DNA from: a virus
Lineage: Duplodnaviria > Heunggongvirae > Uroviricota > Caudoviricetes
IMG/VR virus record: IMGVR_UViG_2778261280_000005
Coordinates: 1 to 40,563 of that record
DNA: 40,563 nucleotides
Direction: 5' to 3' (one strand)
The notes under the pieces are model-generated. The model saw only the letters and a program-made list of their open reading frames with translations, was not told the origin of the DNA and ran no database searches. The translations under genes were made by a program, and so were the position numbers. Of the stretch, positions 8,979-17,191 are shown piece after piece (position 1 is the first letter of the stretch; each line of letters starts with the position of its first letter).

Positions 8979-9195
8979 GGATGCTCCTTCTGTTTGATTG
9001 CATAACGAAAACGCCTCGAGTGAAGCGTTATTGGTATGCATATAAAAAAGCCCTCACACTGGAGGGCAAAGAAGATTTCCAATAATCAGAACAAGTCGGC
9101 TCCTGTTTAGTTACGAGCGACATTGCTCCGTGTATTCACTCGTTGGAATGAATACACAGTGCAGTGTTTATTCTGTTGTTTATGCCAAAATAATT

Positions 9196-9438
9196 TTAAT
9201 CAGCAATAAACTCTTCTGGTAATTTATCAACTATTTGATGACTTATTATCAGCCATTTGCCATCCTTCGTTTCGTATGCATATTTCTGGTCTTTTATCAT
9301 CATGTGTTCAGCTACTGCCTTAACTGCCTGTTCGGTTACATCTTCTTTCTTTCCCACCCACATTCCTTTTTCAGTGTTTAATGTTCCTTGAAAAATACGA
9401 CCACTTAATGGGCTTGCACCCATAGTTTTTACTCTCAT
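9196..9438 (-). CDS. Hypothetical protein (80 aa), first gene downstream of N
   Basis: ATG at 9438 with GAGGA RBS; position corresponds to ral/sieB-type slots in lambda but no sequence recognition. Confidence 0.5.
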   Translation of the reverse strand: MRVKTMGASPLSGRIFQGTLNTEKGMWVGKKEDVTEQAVKAVAEHMMIKDQKYAYETKDGKWLIISHQIVDKLPEEFIAD

Positions 9439-9448
9439 GTATCAGTCC

Positions 9449-9748
9449 TCAAATAAGTGGTTTGCTGCCTAATTTCATTTTCTGGCGACCAACACAAGTC
9501 ACACCCATTTCACTGCGTGGCTTGCGGTAGTAAATACGGTTCTGTTTACTCTCGACTTCTTCTGCCTTCTTGCGGCAAAGGCTTCCGAGTGATGCTGCTT
9601 TATCTGCTCTGACGCAACCAGAGAGCTTTAGCGCAATTTTTCGCGCCAGTCGCTGTTCTTGCATTGCCTGTTCACGTTGAGCCTGTCTGCGTGCTCTGCG
9701 GCGATTTCTGGCGTTATCGTCAGCCAGATATGTAATGACTACTGTCAT
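9449..9748 (-). CDS. N: N-type transcription antiterminator
   Basis: 99-aa protein; arginine-rich N-terminal motif DNARNRRRARRQAQREQA; C-terminus ...GVTCVGRQKMKLGSKPLI matches lambda N ...GITCSGRQKIKGKSIPLI (recollection); nutL lies just upstream. Confidence 0.8.
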   Translation of the reverse strand: MTVVITYLADDNARNRRRARRQAQREQAMQEQRLARKIALKLSGCVRADKAASLGSLCRKKAEEVESKQNRIYYRKPRSEMGVTCVGRQKMKLGSKPLI

Positions 9749-9854
9749 GTTGACCTCCGATGATTGACTTTGGCGGTGACGCGCCGGGTGCTTATCTTCC
9801 GGTTGCCGTCGTGCAGCTGCACTTCACGTCACCCCAAAGCCAACTACTCTTTGG

Positions 9855-9897
9855 TTCCCGCATTTCGGCGGGACAATCCCATCAATGTTAAAGAGCC
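9855..9897 (-). promoter_or_regulatory. nutL: boxA-like (9886-9897) plus boxB hairpin (9855-9874)
   Basis: On minus strand GCTCTTTAAC followed by hairpin CCCGC-CGAAAT-GCGGG; same boxB sequence recurs at nutR. Confidence 0.6.
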
Positions 9898-9945
9898 TGC
9901 CAATCTGTTCCGTTTGGCTACCAGCGTCCTGCTGATGGCTTAAAG

Positions 9946-10028
9946 ATAACTTAGGTTATAGGTGTGGTCAATAACCTAATTTATATTTTATGGTAAATAA
10001 GTTATAAGTGATGGATAACAAAGGTATT
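9946..10028. promoter_or_regulatory. OL operator cluster / pL region
   Basis: ATAACTTAGGTTAT (9946-9959, perfect ATAAC-N4-GTTAT) plus two degenerate copies (9971-9984, 10015-10028) matching the OR operator pattern. Confidence 0.45.
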
Positions 10029-10149
10029 TTATTTTTGTAAATGTTGCTGATTGATTGGTGTTTGAGGGCTTACGTGCGGGGTGAAGGTGTTACCTTTGGC
10101 TTGATGCTTGTCTATGATGAGGATGGTTGATTGGGTGGTGAACGGCAGG

Positions 10150-10183
10150 AAAAGAAAACCCGGCGCTGAGGCCGGGTGTTTTT
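10150..10183 (-). terminator. Rho-independent terminator ending the cI-moron transcript
   Basis: Hairpin cccggc-gctgag-gccggg (10159-10176) flanked by A-run (10150-10158) and T-rich run on +; abuts the stop of the 98-aa gene. Confidence 0.6.
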
Positions 10184-10478
10184 AGTCTTTTCTTTTGCTT
10201 AGCATTTCGTCGATTTCTAAGTCAATACGATATTGATCTATTGCTTTTCTCTCGTTTGGGGTTGGTATTTTATACTGTTCAATTAGATCTGTTGTGTATT
10301 TTATTTCATCTAATGTGATTTTTATATCAGAGAGAATCTCTTTTATATCAATTAGATGCTCTTCTTCTTTTGCGCGATTAGAGCTATGTTCAATCATTTG
10401 AGATAGCTTTTTGCTAATGCTTAGCAAAACAAAAAGAATGATGACCAAAACAACAACAAAAACTATCAGAAATTCCAT
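10182..10478 (-). CDS. Moron at rex position: small membrane-anchored coiled-coil protein (98 aa), function unknown
   Basis: ATG at 10478 with GGAGGG RBS; N-terminal TM helix (EFLIVFVVVLVIILFVLLSI) then highly charged K/E/D/I-rich region; markedly AT-rich relative to neighbours; co-oriented directly downstream of cI. Confidence 0.7.
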   Translation of the reverse strand: MEFLIVFVVVLVIILFVLLSISKKLSQMIEHSSNRAKEEEHLIDIKEILSDIKITLDEIKYTTDLIEQYKIPTPNERKAIDQYRIDLEIDEMLSKRKD

Positions 10479-10518
10479 TATCCCTCCGCACTTCCGTAAG
10501 TCTTCTTCTGATTATCGG

Positions 10519-11226
10519 TTACCAACTATGAGACGACCAGAATACTCTGCCAATAATCCTTACGGTTTCATGAAATTCATCTCTATCCATTACTTCATCC
10601 GGGTACTCTTCGCGATTTATTGATCTGATTATCACCGATGTAGGGGTGGCGATTAATGTTTTTACTCGTAACAAATCAGACTGGCAAATAGCGTAGGTTT
10701 TACCATCTCTGATTGTGGTATCTTGCGTGTTAACACCAACAACATCGCCATCGTGAAGCGTTGGTTCCATGCTTTGCCCTACAACCCTAACTAGCTTGGC
10801 TGATCTTTCTGATACTCCCATCTTTTTCAGATAGTGCTTTCTGAAAACCAAAGAGAACTCCGATGATTCCTCTAGCTCGCAGCTACCGCTTCCAGCTGAA
10901 AGCGAAACGTTAAGAAGAGGCAACGCAACAAACTCGTCATCGTTTCTTTTAATGTCTTCCCATACCACAGCTTTTAAAGATGACTCACGGACATTGGATG
11001 GTTCTTCATGTGCACCATCCCTCATTTCACCAATACCAGAACTAAGCCATTCAGGACGCACTTTTAAAGCATTGGCTAATTCAACCATCTTGCGAGATCC
11101 GTTTGTTTTACCGGACGACATCTTCTGTATGGCTGGCTGAGATATTCCAACCATGTCAGCAAGCTGTGATTGTGATACCCCTGCTGAGCTCATGGCTGCA
11201 TTTAGTCTTTCTGCGAATGTTTTCAT
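10519..11226 (-). CDS. cI: CI-type prophage repressor (HTH plus LexA-like S24 peptidase domain)
   Basis: Start re-set to ATG at 11226 (track start at 11256 is TTG); N-terminal HTH (SQSQLADMVGISQPAIQKM), C-terminal S24-like segment (...VVGQSMEPTLHDGDVV...); divergent from cro with three operators between. Confidence 0.85.
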   Translation of the reverse strand: MKTFAERLNAAMSSAGVSQSQLADMVGISQPAIQKMSSGKTNGSRKMVELANALKVRPEWLSSGIGEMRDGAHEEPSNVRESSLKAVVWEDIKRNDDEFVALPLLNVSLSAGSGSCELEESSEFSLVFRKHYLKKMGVSERSAKLVRVVGQSMEPTLHDGDVVGVNTQDTTIRDGKTYAICQSDLLRVKTLIATPTSVIIRSINREEYPDEVMDRDEFHETVRIIGRVFWSSHSW

Positions 11227-11238
11227 ACCCACAAATCT

Positions 11239-11301
11239 ATAACTACGGTTATCCAAAGTAAAATAACAAAGGTTATTGCTATTTTTTATAACTTGAGTTA
11301 T
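11239..11301. promoter_or_regulatory. OR operators (three ATAAC-N4-GTTAT sites) with pRM/pR
   Basis: ATAACTACGGTTAT (11239-11252), ATAACAAAGGTTAT (11263-11276), ATAACTTGAGTTAT (11288-11301); centre spacing about 24-25 bp, between divergent cI and cro. Confidence 0.6.
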
Positions 11302-11337
11302 CTTTGGTTATAAGTAATGACCACAAGAGGTATGCTC

Positions 11338-11562
11338 ATGAATTTAGTAATTCAACGAGCCTTGAAAATTGTCGGTAGCCAAAAGCGCCTTGCCGACAAG
11401 TGTGGTGTAACGCAGCCAGCAGTACACAAATGGCTGAAAGGCGGGTTGGTCTCTCCAGAGAAAGTTACCGCCATCGTTAACGCCACTGGAGGGCAGATCA
11501 AGGCTTACGAAATTCGCCCCGATTTGCCACACCTGTTTCCAAAACCGAATCAGGCAGCATAA
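11338..11562 (+). CDS. cro: Cro-like repressor
   Basis: 74-aa HTH protein (ATG 11338 with AGAGG RBS) immediately right of OR; the track start at 11317 is also possible. Confidence 0.7.
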   Translation: MNLVIQRALKIVGSQKRLADKCGVTQPAVHKWLKGGLVSPEKVTAIVNATGGQIKAYEIRPDLPHLFPKPNQAA

Positions 11563-11568
11563 GTAACA

Positions 11569-11614
11569 CCGCTCTTTAACAGTCATGGTCCTCATTCCCG
11601 CCGAAATGCGGGAA
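11569..11614 (+). promoter_or_regulatory. nutR: boxA (11569-11580) plus boxB hairpin (11595-11614)
   Basis: CGCTCTTTAAC followed 14 nt later by TTCCCGC-CGAAAT-GCGGGAA, 19/20 identical to the nutL boxB on the opposite strand; located between cro and cII as in lambda. Confidence 0.6.
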
Positions 11615-11671
11615 TACAACGCGCATAAGTTGATGCGCATAACTTCTTATTTGTTAAGGAAATACTTACAT

Positions 11672-11950
11672 ATGGAACTTACAAGTACTCGCAAGAAAGC
11701 GAATGCAATTACAAGCAACATCCTGAATCGAATTGCTGTACGTGGTCAGCGAAAGGTTGCCGACGCGTTAGGGATTAATGAATCGCAAATTTCTCGATGG
11801 AAAGATAGCTTCATCCCAAAAATGGGAATGCTTCTGGCTGTTCTTGAATGGGGTGTTGAAGACGAGGAGTTGGCGGAACTGGCTAAGAAAGTAGCCAGAA
11901 TGCTGACAAAAGAAAAAGCCCCGAAGAACGGCGAATTCTTCGAGGCCTGA
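11672..11950 (+). CDS. cII: CII-type transcriptional activator
   Basis: 92-aa protein from ATG 11672 (AAGGA RBS); ...ESQISRWKDSFIPKMGMLLAVLEWGVEDEE... matches lambda CII ...KSQISRWKRDWIPKFSMLLAVLEWGV... (recollection); the track's N-terminal extension overlaps nutR. Confidence 0.8.
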   Translation: MELTSTRKKANAITSNILNRIAVRGQRKVADALGINESQISRWKDSFIPKMGMLLAVLEWGVEDEELAELAKKVARMLTKEKAPKNGEFFEA

Positions 11951-11984
11951 TGTAGAAAGACTGGATCAATCCACAGGAGTAATT

Positions 11985-12146
11985 ATGACAAAACGTCGTA
12001 AGAAATACCAGGAAAAAGAAGAGATTCGACACCCTGATTCACCTGAGGGATTAGTGGTAGCCGCAGCAAATAACAGGGCGTTCGCAGAGCGCCTTGTTGG
12101 TGTTTACAGACTAGCCAAAGCAGGAGTGAAGCATGGGCGTCGTTAA
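11985..12146 (+). CDS. Small basic ORF (53 aa) between cII and the replication gene
   Basis: ATG 11985 preceded by AGGAG; MTKRRKKYQEKEE...; below the ORF-track threshold. Confidence 0.35.
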   Translation: MTKRRKKYQEKEEIRHPDSPEGLVVAAANNRAFAERLVGVYRLAKAGVKHGRR

Positions 12147-13023
12147 GTTAGCTGATTACAGGCATAACCCTGTACAACATCAGGAGGCATCCAGTATGGG
12201 GTATGTCTCTATACACCGCCAGTTTATGGACAGCAGGCTCTATAAGGACTCTCAGGCAGTACATCTTTGGCTTCACTTAATCCTCAAGGCTAATCACGAA
12301 TCTACTGTCGTCAATACGGATATCGGTCCGATAACTGTTGATCGCGGTCAGATGATAACTGGACGCCCGTCGCTGGTCAGAGAAACATTCATCCCCGACA
12401 ACAAAGTTCGGAGCTTATTACGGACTTTTGAGTCGAAAGGTATGCTTAATATTTGCTCGATGGGGAAGAAATTTAGCCTGTTTACAATCGTTAAATATGA
12501 CGATTTTCAGGCAAAAAATTGTCCAACGGTTGTCCAACGGTTGTCCAACGCAAACACCAGTAATGGCGCGGCTCTCAGCGGAGATTGTCCAACGGTTGTC
12601 CAACGGTTGTCCATAAACAATAATATAAATAATATCTCTAATACTGACGTATTAGAGAGTGCCACAGCAGACAAAAAGTCTGACAAGAAAAAACCTTCCG
12701 TTAGCTGTCAGGATGTTGTCGATGCTTACCACGAAATCCTTCCTGAAGCGCCAAGAATCCGCGCACTGAATGACAAGCGTAAAAACCAGATCCGAACGTT
12801 CTGGCGCAAAGCCGGAGTGATAACCCGCCAGCTTGACGGGCATGGTTTCACGATGCAGGACTGGAGAAATTATTTGAGCTACGTAGGCGAAAATTGCCGA
12901 TGGATGTTCGAAGAGCGCCCAAACCATCAGCGCGGAACCGTCTGGCACAAAAAGGGATTTGATTTCCTGCTTAACGATAATACCTACCTGAAAGTTCGTG
13001 AGGGTGAACACGATGACCGATAA
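12133..13023 (+). CDS. Replication initiator (lambda O-like; ori iterons inside the gene)
   Basis: 296-aa ORF (ATG 12133, AGGAG RBS) in the O position; contains the iteron array and AT-rich tract in its central region, as in lambda O/ori. Confidence 0.75.
   Translation: MGVVKLADYRHNPVQHQEASSMGYVSIHRQFMDSRLYKDSQAVHLWLHLILKANHESTVVNTDIGPITVDRGQMITGRPSLVRETFIPDNKVRSLLRTFESKGMLNICSMGKKFSLFTIVKYDDFQAKNCPTVVQRLSNANTSNGAALSGDCPTVVQRLSINNNINNISNTDVLESATADKKSDKKKPSVSCQDVVDAYHEILPEAPRIRALNDKRKNQIRTFWRKAGVITRQLDGHGFTMQDWRNYLSYVGENCRWMFEERPNHQRGTVWHKKGFDFLLNDNTYLKVREGEHDDR
12519..12650. repeat. Origin of replication: TTGTCCAACGG iterons (3 + 2.7 copies) plus AT-rich tract
   Basis: Direct repeats at 12519-12551 and 12585-12614 separated by a 33-bp spacer, followed by an AT-rich run 12615-12650. 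Confidence 0.7.
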
Positions 13024-14449
13024 TTTTTATGCGCCGCCCCATAGCATCGAGGCAGAGCAGGCGGTGATTGGTGGATTGCTTCTGGATGATGACAGCAGTG
13101 AGCGCGTCCAGAAGGTTCTGGCGATGCTGAAGCCTGACTCATTTTACAGCCGACCACACAAAATCCTTTTCGAAGAAATAACCAGAATGCACCGGGAGCA
13201 AAAGCCAGTAGATGGCCTGACGCTTTTCGATGAACTGGAGCGTAAATCGTTAACGGCGTCTGTTGGCGGTTTTGCTTATATCGCTGAGATCGCAAAGAAC
13301 ACGCCAAGCGCCGCAAACATCGTTGCCTATGCAATGCAGGTTCGTGAAACCGCAATGGAACGCTACGCCATCAACCGCATGACTGAAGCGACGGAATTGC
13401 TCTATTCCCGCAACGGAATGACTGCAACGCAGAAGTACGAAGCTATTCAGGCGATTTTCACGCAACTGACAGACCATGCAAAAACCGGATCGCGTCGCGG
13501 CCTTCGCTCATTTGGCGAGGTCATGGAAGACTGGGTTAGCGACCTTGAGAAGCGATTTGACCCGTCAGGCGAACAGCGAGGAATGAGCACAGGCATCCCA
13601 TCGCTGGACAGGATGCTGTCACCGAAAGGTCTGGTGAAAGGCTCTCTGTTTGTCATTGGCGCTCGCCCTAAGATGGGGAAAACGACGCTATACAGCCAGA
13701 TGGCAATCAACTGCGCAGTGCATGAGAAAAAGCCCGCTCTGATGTTCAGCCTTGAAATGCCAGGTGACCAGATACTGGAAAAACTGGTAGGGCAGAAGTC
13801 AGGTGTTAACCCGAATATTTTTTACCTTCCGGCGACAAATGACTCTGATGACGGCTATCAGGGTGATTACGATGGTGACTTCAACAGGGCGATCGAAACA
13901 GCCAATCGCTTGAGTGAAATCGACCTGCTTTACATCGACGACACGCCGGGATTATCTCTGGCTCAAATCGTCAGCGAAAGCCGTCGAATCAAGCGAGAAA
14001 AAGGATGTGTTGGCATGATTCTGGTCGATTACCTGACACTAATGACCGCTGAGAAGGCCGATCGCAACGACCTTGCTTACGGCATGATCACCAAAGGACT
14101 GAAGAACCTTGCCAAAGAGCTTGATTGCGTTGTTGTGCTTCTGACGCAGCTTAACCGCGCACTGGAAAGCCGAACCAATAAACGCCCATTACCAAGTGAC
14201 TCACGGGATACAGGGCAGATTGAACAGGATTGCGATTATTGGGTCGGGATCCATCGTGAAGGCGCTTTTGATGACAGTGTTCCACCTGGTGAAACTGAAC
14301 TAATCCTTCGTCTCAATCGTCATGGCAATACCGGCACGGTGTATTGCATTCAGGCAAATGGAGCTATTTATGACACAGACCAACAGTCTGCTGAAATGCG
14401 CCGCCGTGAACGCGAGGAACCGCAGTCCAAGAAGAAAGGAGGATTCTGA
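13013..14449 (+). CDS. DnaB-family replicative helicase
   Basis: About 478 aa; N-terminal PHSIEAEQAVIGGLLLD DnaB signature; Walker A GARPKMGKT; start at ATG 13013 overlapping the end of the initiator gene. Confidence 0.85.
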   Translation: MTDNFYAPPHSIEAEQAVIGGLLLDDDSSERVQKVLAMLKPDSFYSRPHKILFEEITRMHREQKPVDGLTLFDELERKSLTASVGGFAYIAEIAKNTPSAANIVAYAMQVRETAMERYAINRMTEATELLYSRNGMTATQKYEAIQAIFTQLTDHAKTGSRRGLRSFGEVMEDWVSDLEKRFDPSGEQRGMSTGIPSLDRMLSPKGLVKGSLFVIGARPKMGKTTLYSQMAINCAVHEKKPALMFSLEMPGDQILEKLVGQKSGVNPNIFYLPATNDSDDGYQGDYDGDFNRAIETANRLSEIDLLYIDDTPGLSLAQIVSESRRIKREKGCVGMILVDYLTLMTAEKADRNDLAYGMITKGLKNLAKELDCVVVLLTQLNRALESRTNKRPLPSDSRDTGQIEQDCDYWVGIHREGAFDDSVPPGETELILRLNRHGNTGTVYCIQANGAIYDTDQQSAEMRRREREEPQSKKKGGF

Positions 14450-14532
14450 TGACCATCTACATCACTGAGCTAATAACAGGCCTGCTAGTAATCGCAGGTC
14501 TTTTTATTTGGGGGAGAGTAAATCGTGGTTGA
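14449..14532 (+). CDS. Small hydrophobic peptide (27 aa)
   Basis: ATG overlaps the helicase stop (TGATG) and follows the strong RBS AAGGAGG; MTIYITELITGLLVIAGLFIWGRVNRG. Confidence 0.25.
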   Translation: MTIYITELITGLLVIAGLFIWGRVNRG

Positions 14533-14731
14533 GTTGATTTTCTATGCATTGAGGCTTCTCGGTGCTCTGTGGATGGTGGCGACGTTCATTGTGGTTGCTG
14601 GCTGTTTTGTCCGGTTGGTAGGCGAAGGTAAAGACCTGGTGGGTGTGCTTTTCGGTAGCATTTTCCTGTGGGTGATTATCGGTGTTATGCCTGTCGCTGT
14701 AGCAAAAATGGCGTGGCGTTTTGTGAGTTGA
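14525..14731 (+). CDS. Small membrane protein (68 aa), GTG start
   Basis: Two predicted TM segments; start codon uncertain (GTG at 14525). Confidence 0.35.
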   Translation: MVELIFYALRLLGALWMVATFIVVAGCFVRLVGEGKDLVGVLFGSIFLWVIIGVMPVAVAKMAWRFVS

Positions 14732-14748
14732 ACTGAGGGTAAGTATCG

Positions 14749-15063
14749 ATGGACGAATCAAGAAAGAAGTTTGAGGAATACGTTGCCAAAAAATTGAAAT
14801 TACCATTCGAGATGATAACCGAGGCAAGAAATGGTGATAGGTACTTTGCATTTTCAAGCATGGATATTCGTCACTCCTTAAATGAGTGGTGGGCTTTATG
14901 GCAGGCATCGCGAGCAGCTATTGAAATAACCGCGCCAAAGTTTATCGACAGCAGAGAAGCATTAGCCAAAGGGTTTACTGTTGATTATTCCAATGGCTTC
15001 GGTGATGCAATGGATGCTTATGAGGAAAACATCCGCGCCGCTGGAATAAAAGTGAAGGAGTGA
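14749..15063 (+). CDS. Hypothetical nin-region protein (104 aa)
   Basis: ATG at 14749; no family recognised. Confidence 0.55.
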   Translation: MDESRKKFEEYVAKKLKLPFEMITEARNGDRYFAFSSMDIRHSLNEWWALWQASRAAIEITAPKFIDSREALAKGFTVDYSNGFGDAMDAYEENIRAAGIKVKE

Positions 15064-15065
15064 GT

Positions 15066-15251
15066 ATGAGTCGACGAAGTAGCTTTTTGGGGTTTGTAAT
15101 ATTCCTGTCCTGCACTGGTTACATCGTAATCTGGTCAATTTCGAACATTGACCGTGGCGGGGAATATCTCATTGTAATGTTCTTTCCTTTGTTTCTTGGG
15201 TGGTACGCCGCAAGGTTGCTGGAAGAATGGGGTTACAGGCATAAAAAATAA
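15066..15251 (+). CDS. Small membrane protein (61 aa)
   Basis: ATG 15066 six nt after AAGGAG; hydrophobic. Confidence 0.4.
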   Translation: MSRRSSFLGFVIFLSCTGYIVIWSISNIDRGGEYLIVMFFPLFLGWYAARLLEEWGYRHKK

Positions 15252-15262
15252 AGGAGTATTCA

Positions 15263-15673
15263 GTGAAGCAAACAATCTTCCTCCGAACTAAGCAACAACA
15301 GCAAGCCGCAATAAATGCCATCCTCGCAACACCACTCGATAAAGACAAGCCAGTCACCATCCGCATTACTGACTACAAGCGAAATCTTGACCAGAACGCA
15401 AAATTTCACGCGATGGTCGCAGATATCGCCAGGCAAGTTCAGTGGCGCGATAAATGGTTAAAACCAGAACAATGGAAGGTTTTGTTGATCAGCGGTCATG
15501 CAGTGGCAACAAAGCAGGAAGCTGATGTTTTGCCCGGGCTTGAAGGCGAATACGTCAACATCCGCGAAAGCAGCGCGCAGATGAGTGTAAAGCGTATGGC
15601 AAGTCTGATTGAGTACACAACAGCGTGGGCTATTGGTCAGGGTGTCAGATTTACCGACAGGAGGTACGAATGA
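15263..15673 (+). CDS. ninB: NinB recombination protein
   Basis: 136-aa ORF, GTG start after AAGGAG; similar to lambda NinB by recollection (...RSLDQN..., ...QVEW...RWL...). Confidence 0.8.
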   Translation: MKQTIFLRTKQQQQAAINAILATPLDKDKPVTIRITDYKRNLDQNAKFHAMVADIARQVQWRDKWLKPEQWKVLLISGHAVATKQEADVLPGLEGEYVNIRESSAQMSVKRMASLIEYTTAWAIGQGVRFTDRRYE

Positions 15674-15846
15674 GACGACAGCGACGAAGTTTCACCGACA
15701 TCATCTGCGAAAACTGCAAATACCTTCCAACGAAACGCTCCAGAAATAAACGCAAGCCAATCCCAAAAGAATCTGACGTAAAAACCTTCAATTACACGGC
15801 TCACCTGTGGGATATCCGGTGGCTAAGAAATCGTGCGAGGAAATGA
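15670..15846 (+). CDS. ninE: NinE
   Basis: [58 protein letters not shown], near-identical to lambda NinE as recalled; ATG overlaps ninB stop. Confidence 0.7.
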   Translation: MRRQRRSFTDIICENCKYLPTKRSRNKRKPIPKESDVKTFNYTAHLWDIRWLRNRARK

Positions 15847-16208
15847 CAATGGATTATTCACAGTTAAGTGATTTTGAAATTAACGTGGCGGTATTCGAAG
15901 CCATTCATAACGGATCACCGGATTACAAAGAAGGTGAGAATGGCGATATGGTGTTTGTCTCATTTGAGGGAGACATTGTAAACGGAGACGCAGTTGAAGT
16001 AGAAGTTGAGCGCGGATCCTTTAACCCATGCGCAAACCCAGCAGACGCATGGCCGATTATTGAAAAATACAGGATTAGCATTATCAATCTCGATGAAGAC
16101 GAGTGGGGTGCACGTGGTGTGGCCTACTGTAAATCTAAGCGAGCTATACATGAAAATCCCCTCCGCGCCGCCATGATTGTCTTTCTCATGATGCAGAGAA
16201 TCCAATAA
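15843..16208 (+). CDS. Nin-region protein (DUF2591/NinX-like)
   Basis: 121-aa ORF starting ATG 15843 overlapping the NinE stop. Confidence 0.5.
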   Translation: MTMDYSQLSDFEINVAVFEAIHNGSPDYKEGENGDMVFVSFEGDIVNGDAVEVEVERGSFNPCANPADAWPIIEKYRISIINLDEDEWGARGVAYCKSKRAIHENPLRAAMIVFLMMQRIQ

Positions 16209-16384
16209 TGCTTAGTCCATCCCAATCCCTTCAATACCAGAAAGAAAGCGTCGAGCGGGCTTTAACGTGCGCTAACTGCGGTCAGAAGCTGCATGTGCTG
16301 GAAGTTCATGTGTGTGAGCACTGCTGCGCAGAACTGATGAGCGATCCGAATAGCTCAATGTACGAGGAAGAAGACGATGGCTAA
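16208..16384 (+). CDS. ninF: NinF
   Basis: 58-aa Cys-rich [61 protein letters not shown] matching lambda NinF by recollection; below the track threshold. Confidence 0.65.
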   Translation: MLSPSQSLQYQKESVERALTCANCGQKLHVLEVHVCEHCCAELMSDPNSSMYEEEDDG

Positions 16385-16988
16385 ACCAGCGCGAAGACGA
16401 TGTAAAAACGATGAATGTCGGGAATGGTTTCACCCTGCATTCGCTAATCAGTGGTGGTGCTCTCCAGAGTGTGGAACCAAGATAGCACTCGAACGACGAA
16501 GCAAAGAACGCGAAAAAGCGGAAAAAGCAGCAGAGAAGAAACGACGACGAGAGGAGCAGAAACAGAAAGATAAACTGAAGATTCGAAAACTCGCCTTAAA
16601 GCCACGCAGTTACTGGATTAAACAAGCCCAACAAGCCGTAAACGCCTTCATCAGAGAAAGAGACCGCGACTTACCATGTATCTCGTGCGGAACGCTCACG
16701 TCTGCTCAGTGGGATGCCGGACATTACCGGACAACTGCTGCGGCACCTCAACTCCGATTTGATGAACGCAATATTCACAAGCAATGCGTGGTGTGCAACC
16801 AGCATAAAAGCGGAAATCTCGTTCCGTATCGCGTCGAACTTATTAACCGAATCGGGCAGGAAGCAGTAGACGAAATCGAATCAAACCATAACCGCCATCG
16901 CTGGACTATCGAAGAGTGCAAGGCGATCAAGGCAGAGTACCAACAGAAACTCAAAGACCTGCGAAATAGCAGAAGTGAGGCCGCATGA
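16377..16988 (+). CDS. ninG: NinG (Rap-family recombination endonuclease)
   Basis: 203-aa ORF with Cys clusters (CKNDEC...C..C, C..C...C..C) and lysine-rich linker; matches lambda NinG by recollection. Confidence 0.8.
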   Translation: MAKPARRRCKNDECREWFHPAFANQWWCSPECGTKIALERRSKEREKAEKAAEKKRRREEQKQKDKLKIRKLALKPRSYWIKQAQQAVNAFIRERDRDLPCISCGTLTSAQWDAGHYRTTAAAPQLRFDERNIHKQCVVCNQHKSGNLVPYRVELINRIGQEAVDEIESNHNRHRWTIEECKAIKAEYQQKLKDLRNSRSEAA

Positions 16989-17191
16989 CGTTCTCAGTAA
17001 AAACCATTCCAGACATGCTCGTTGAAGCATACGGAAACCAGACAGAAGTAGCACGCAGACTGAAATGTAGTCGCGGTACGGTCAGAAAATACGTTGATGA
17101 TAAAGACGGGAAAATGCACGCCATCGTCAACGACGTTCTCATGGTTCATCGCGGATGGAGTGAAAGAGATGCGCTATTACGAAAGAATTGA
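16985..17191 (+). CDS. ninH: NinH
   Basis: 68-aa [42 protein letters not shown]... matching lambda NinH by recollection. Confidence 0.7.
   Translation: MTFSVKTIPDMLVEAYGNQTEVARRLKCSRGTVRKYVDDKDGKMHAIVNDVLMVHRGWSERDALLRKN

Noticed and set aside
8807-9082. The 91-aa version of ORF 8807-9082
   Set aside because: It starts at a TTG with no RBS; the internal ATG at 8978 with an AAGGAG RBS gives a more plausible 56-aa product
11585-11671. N-terminal extension of cII given by the ORF track (start 11585)
   Set aside because: The extension overlaps the nutR boxB hairpin and lacks an RBS; the CII-like sequence begins at ATG 11672, which has an RBS
12418-12616. Tandem direct repeats that could be mistaken for a CRISPR-like array, plus two ORFs (12418-12603 minus, 12428-12616 plus) with repeated peptide motifs
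   Set aside because: The repeats are 11-bp units abutting directly without unique spacers and lie inside the replication initiator gene followed by an AT-rich tract; this is a classic ori iteron array, and the ORFs are frame artefacts of the repeats
17094-17168. N-terminal extension of NinI overlapping NinH
   Set aside because: The phosphatase homology starts at MRYYER (ATG 17169); the extension sits in the NinH reading region in another frame
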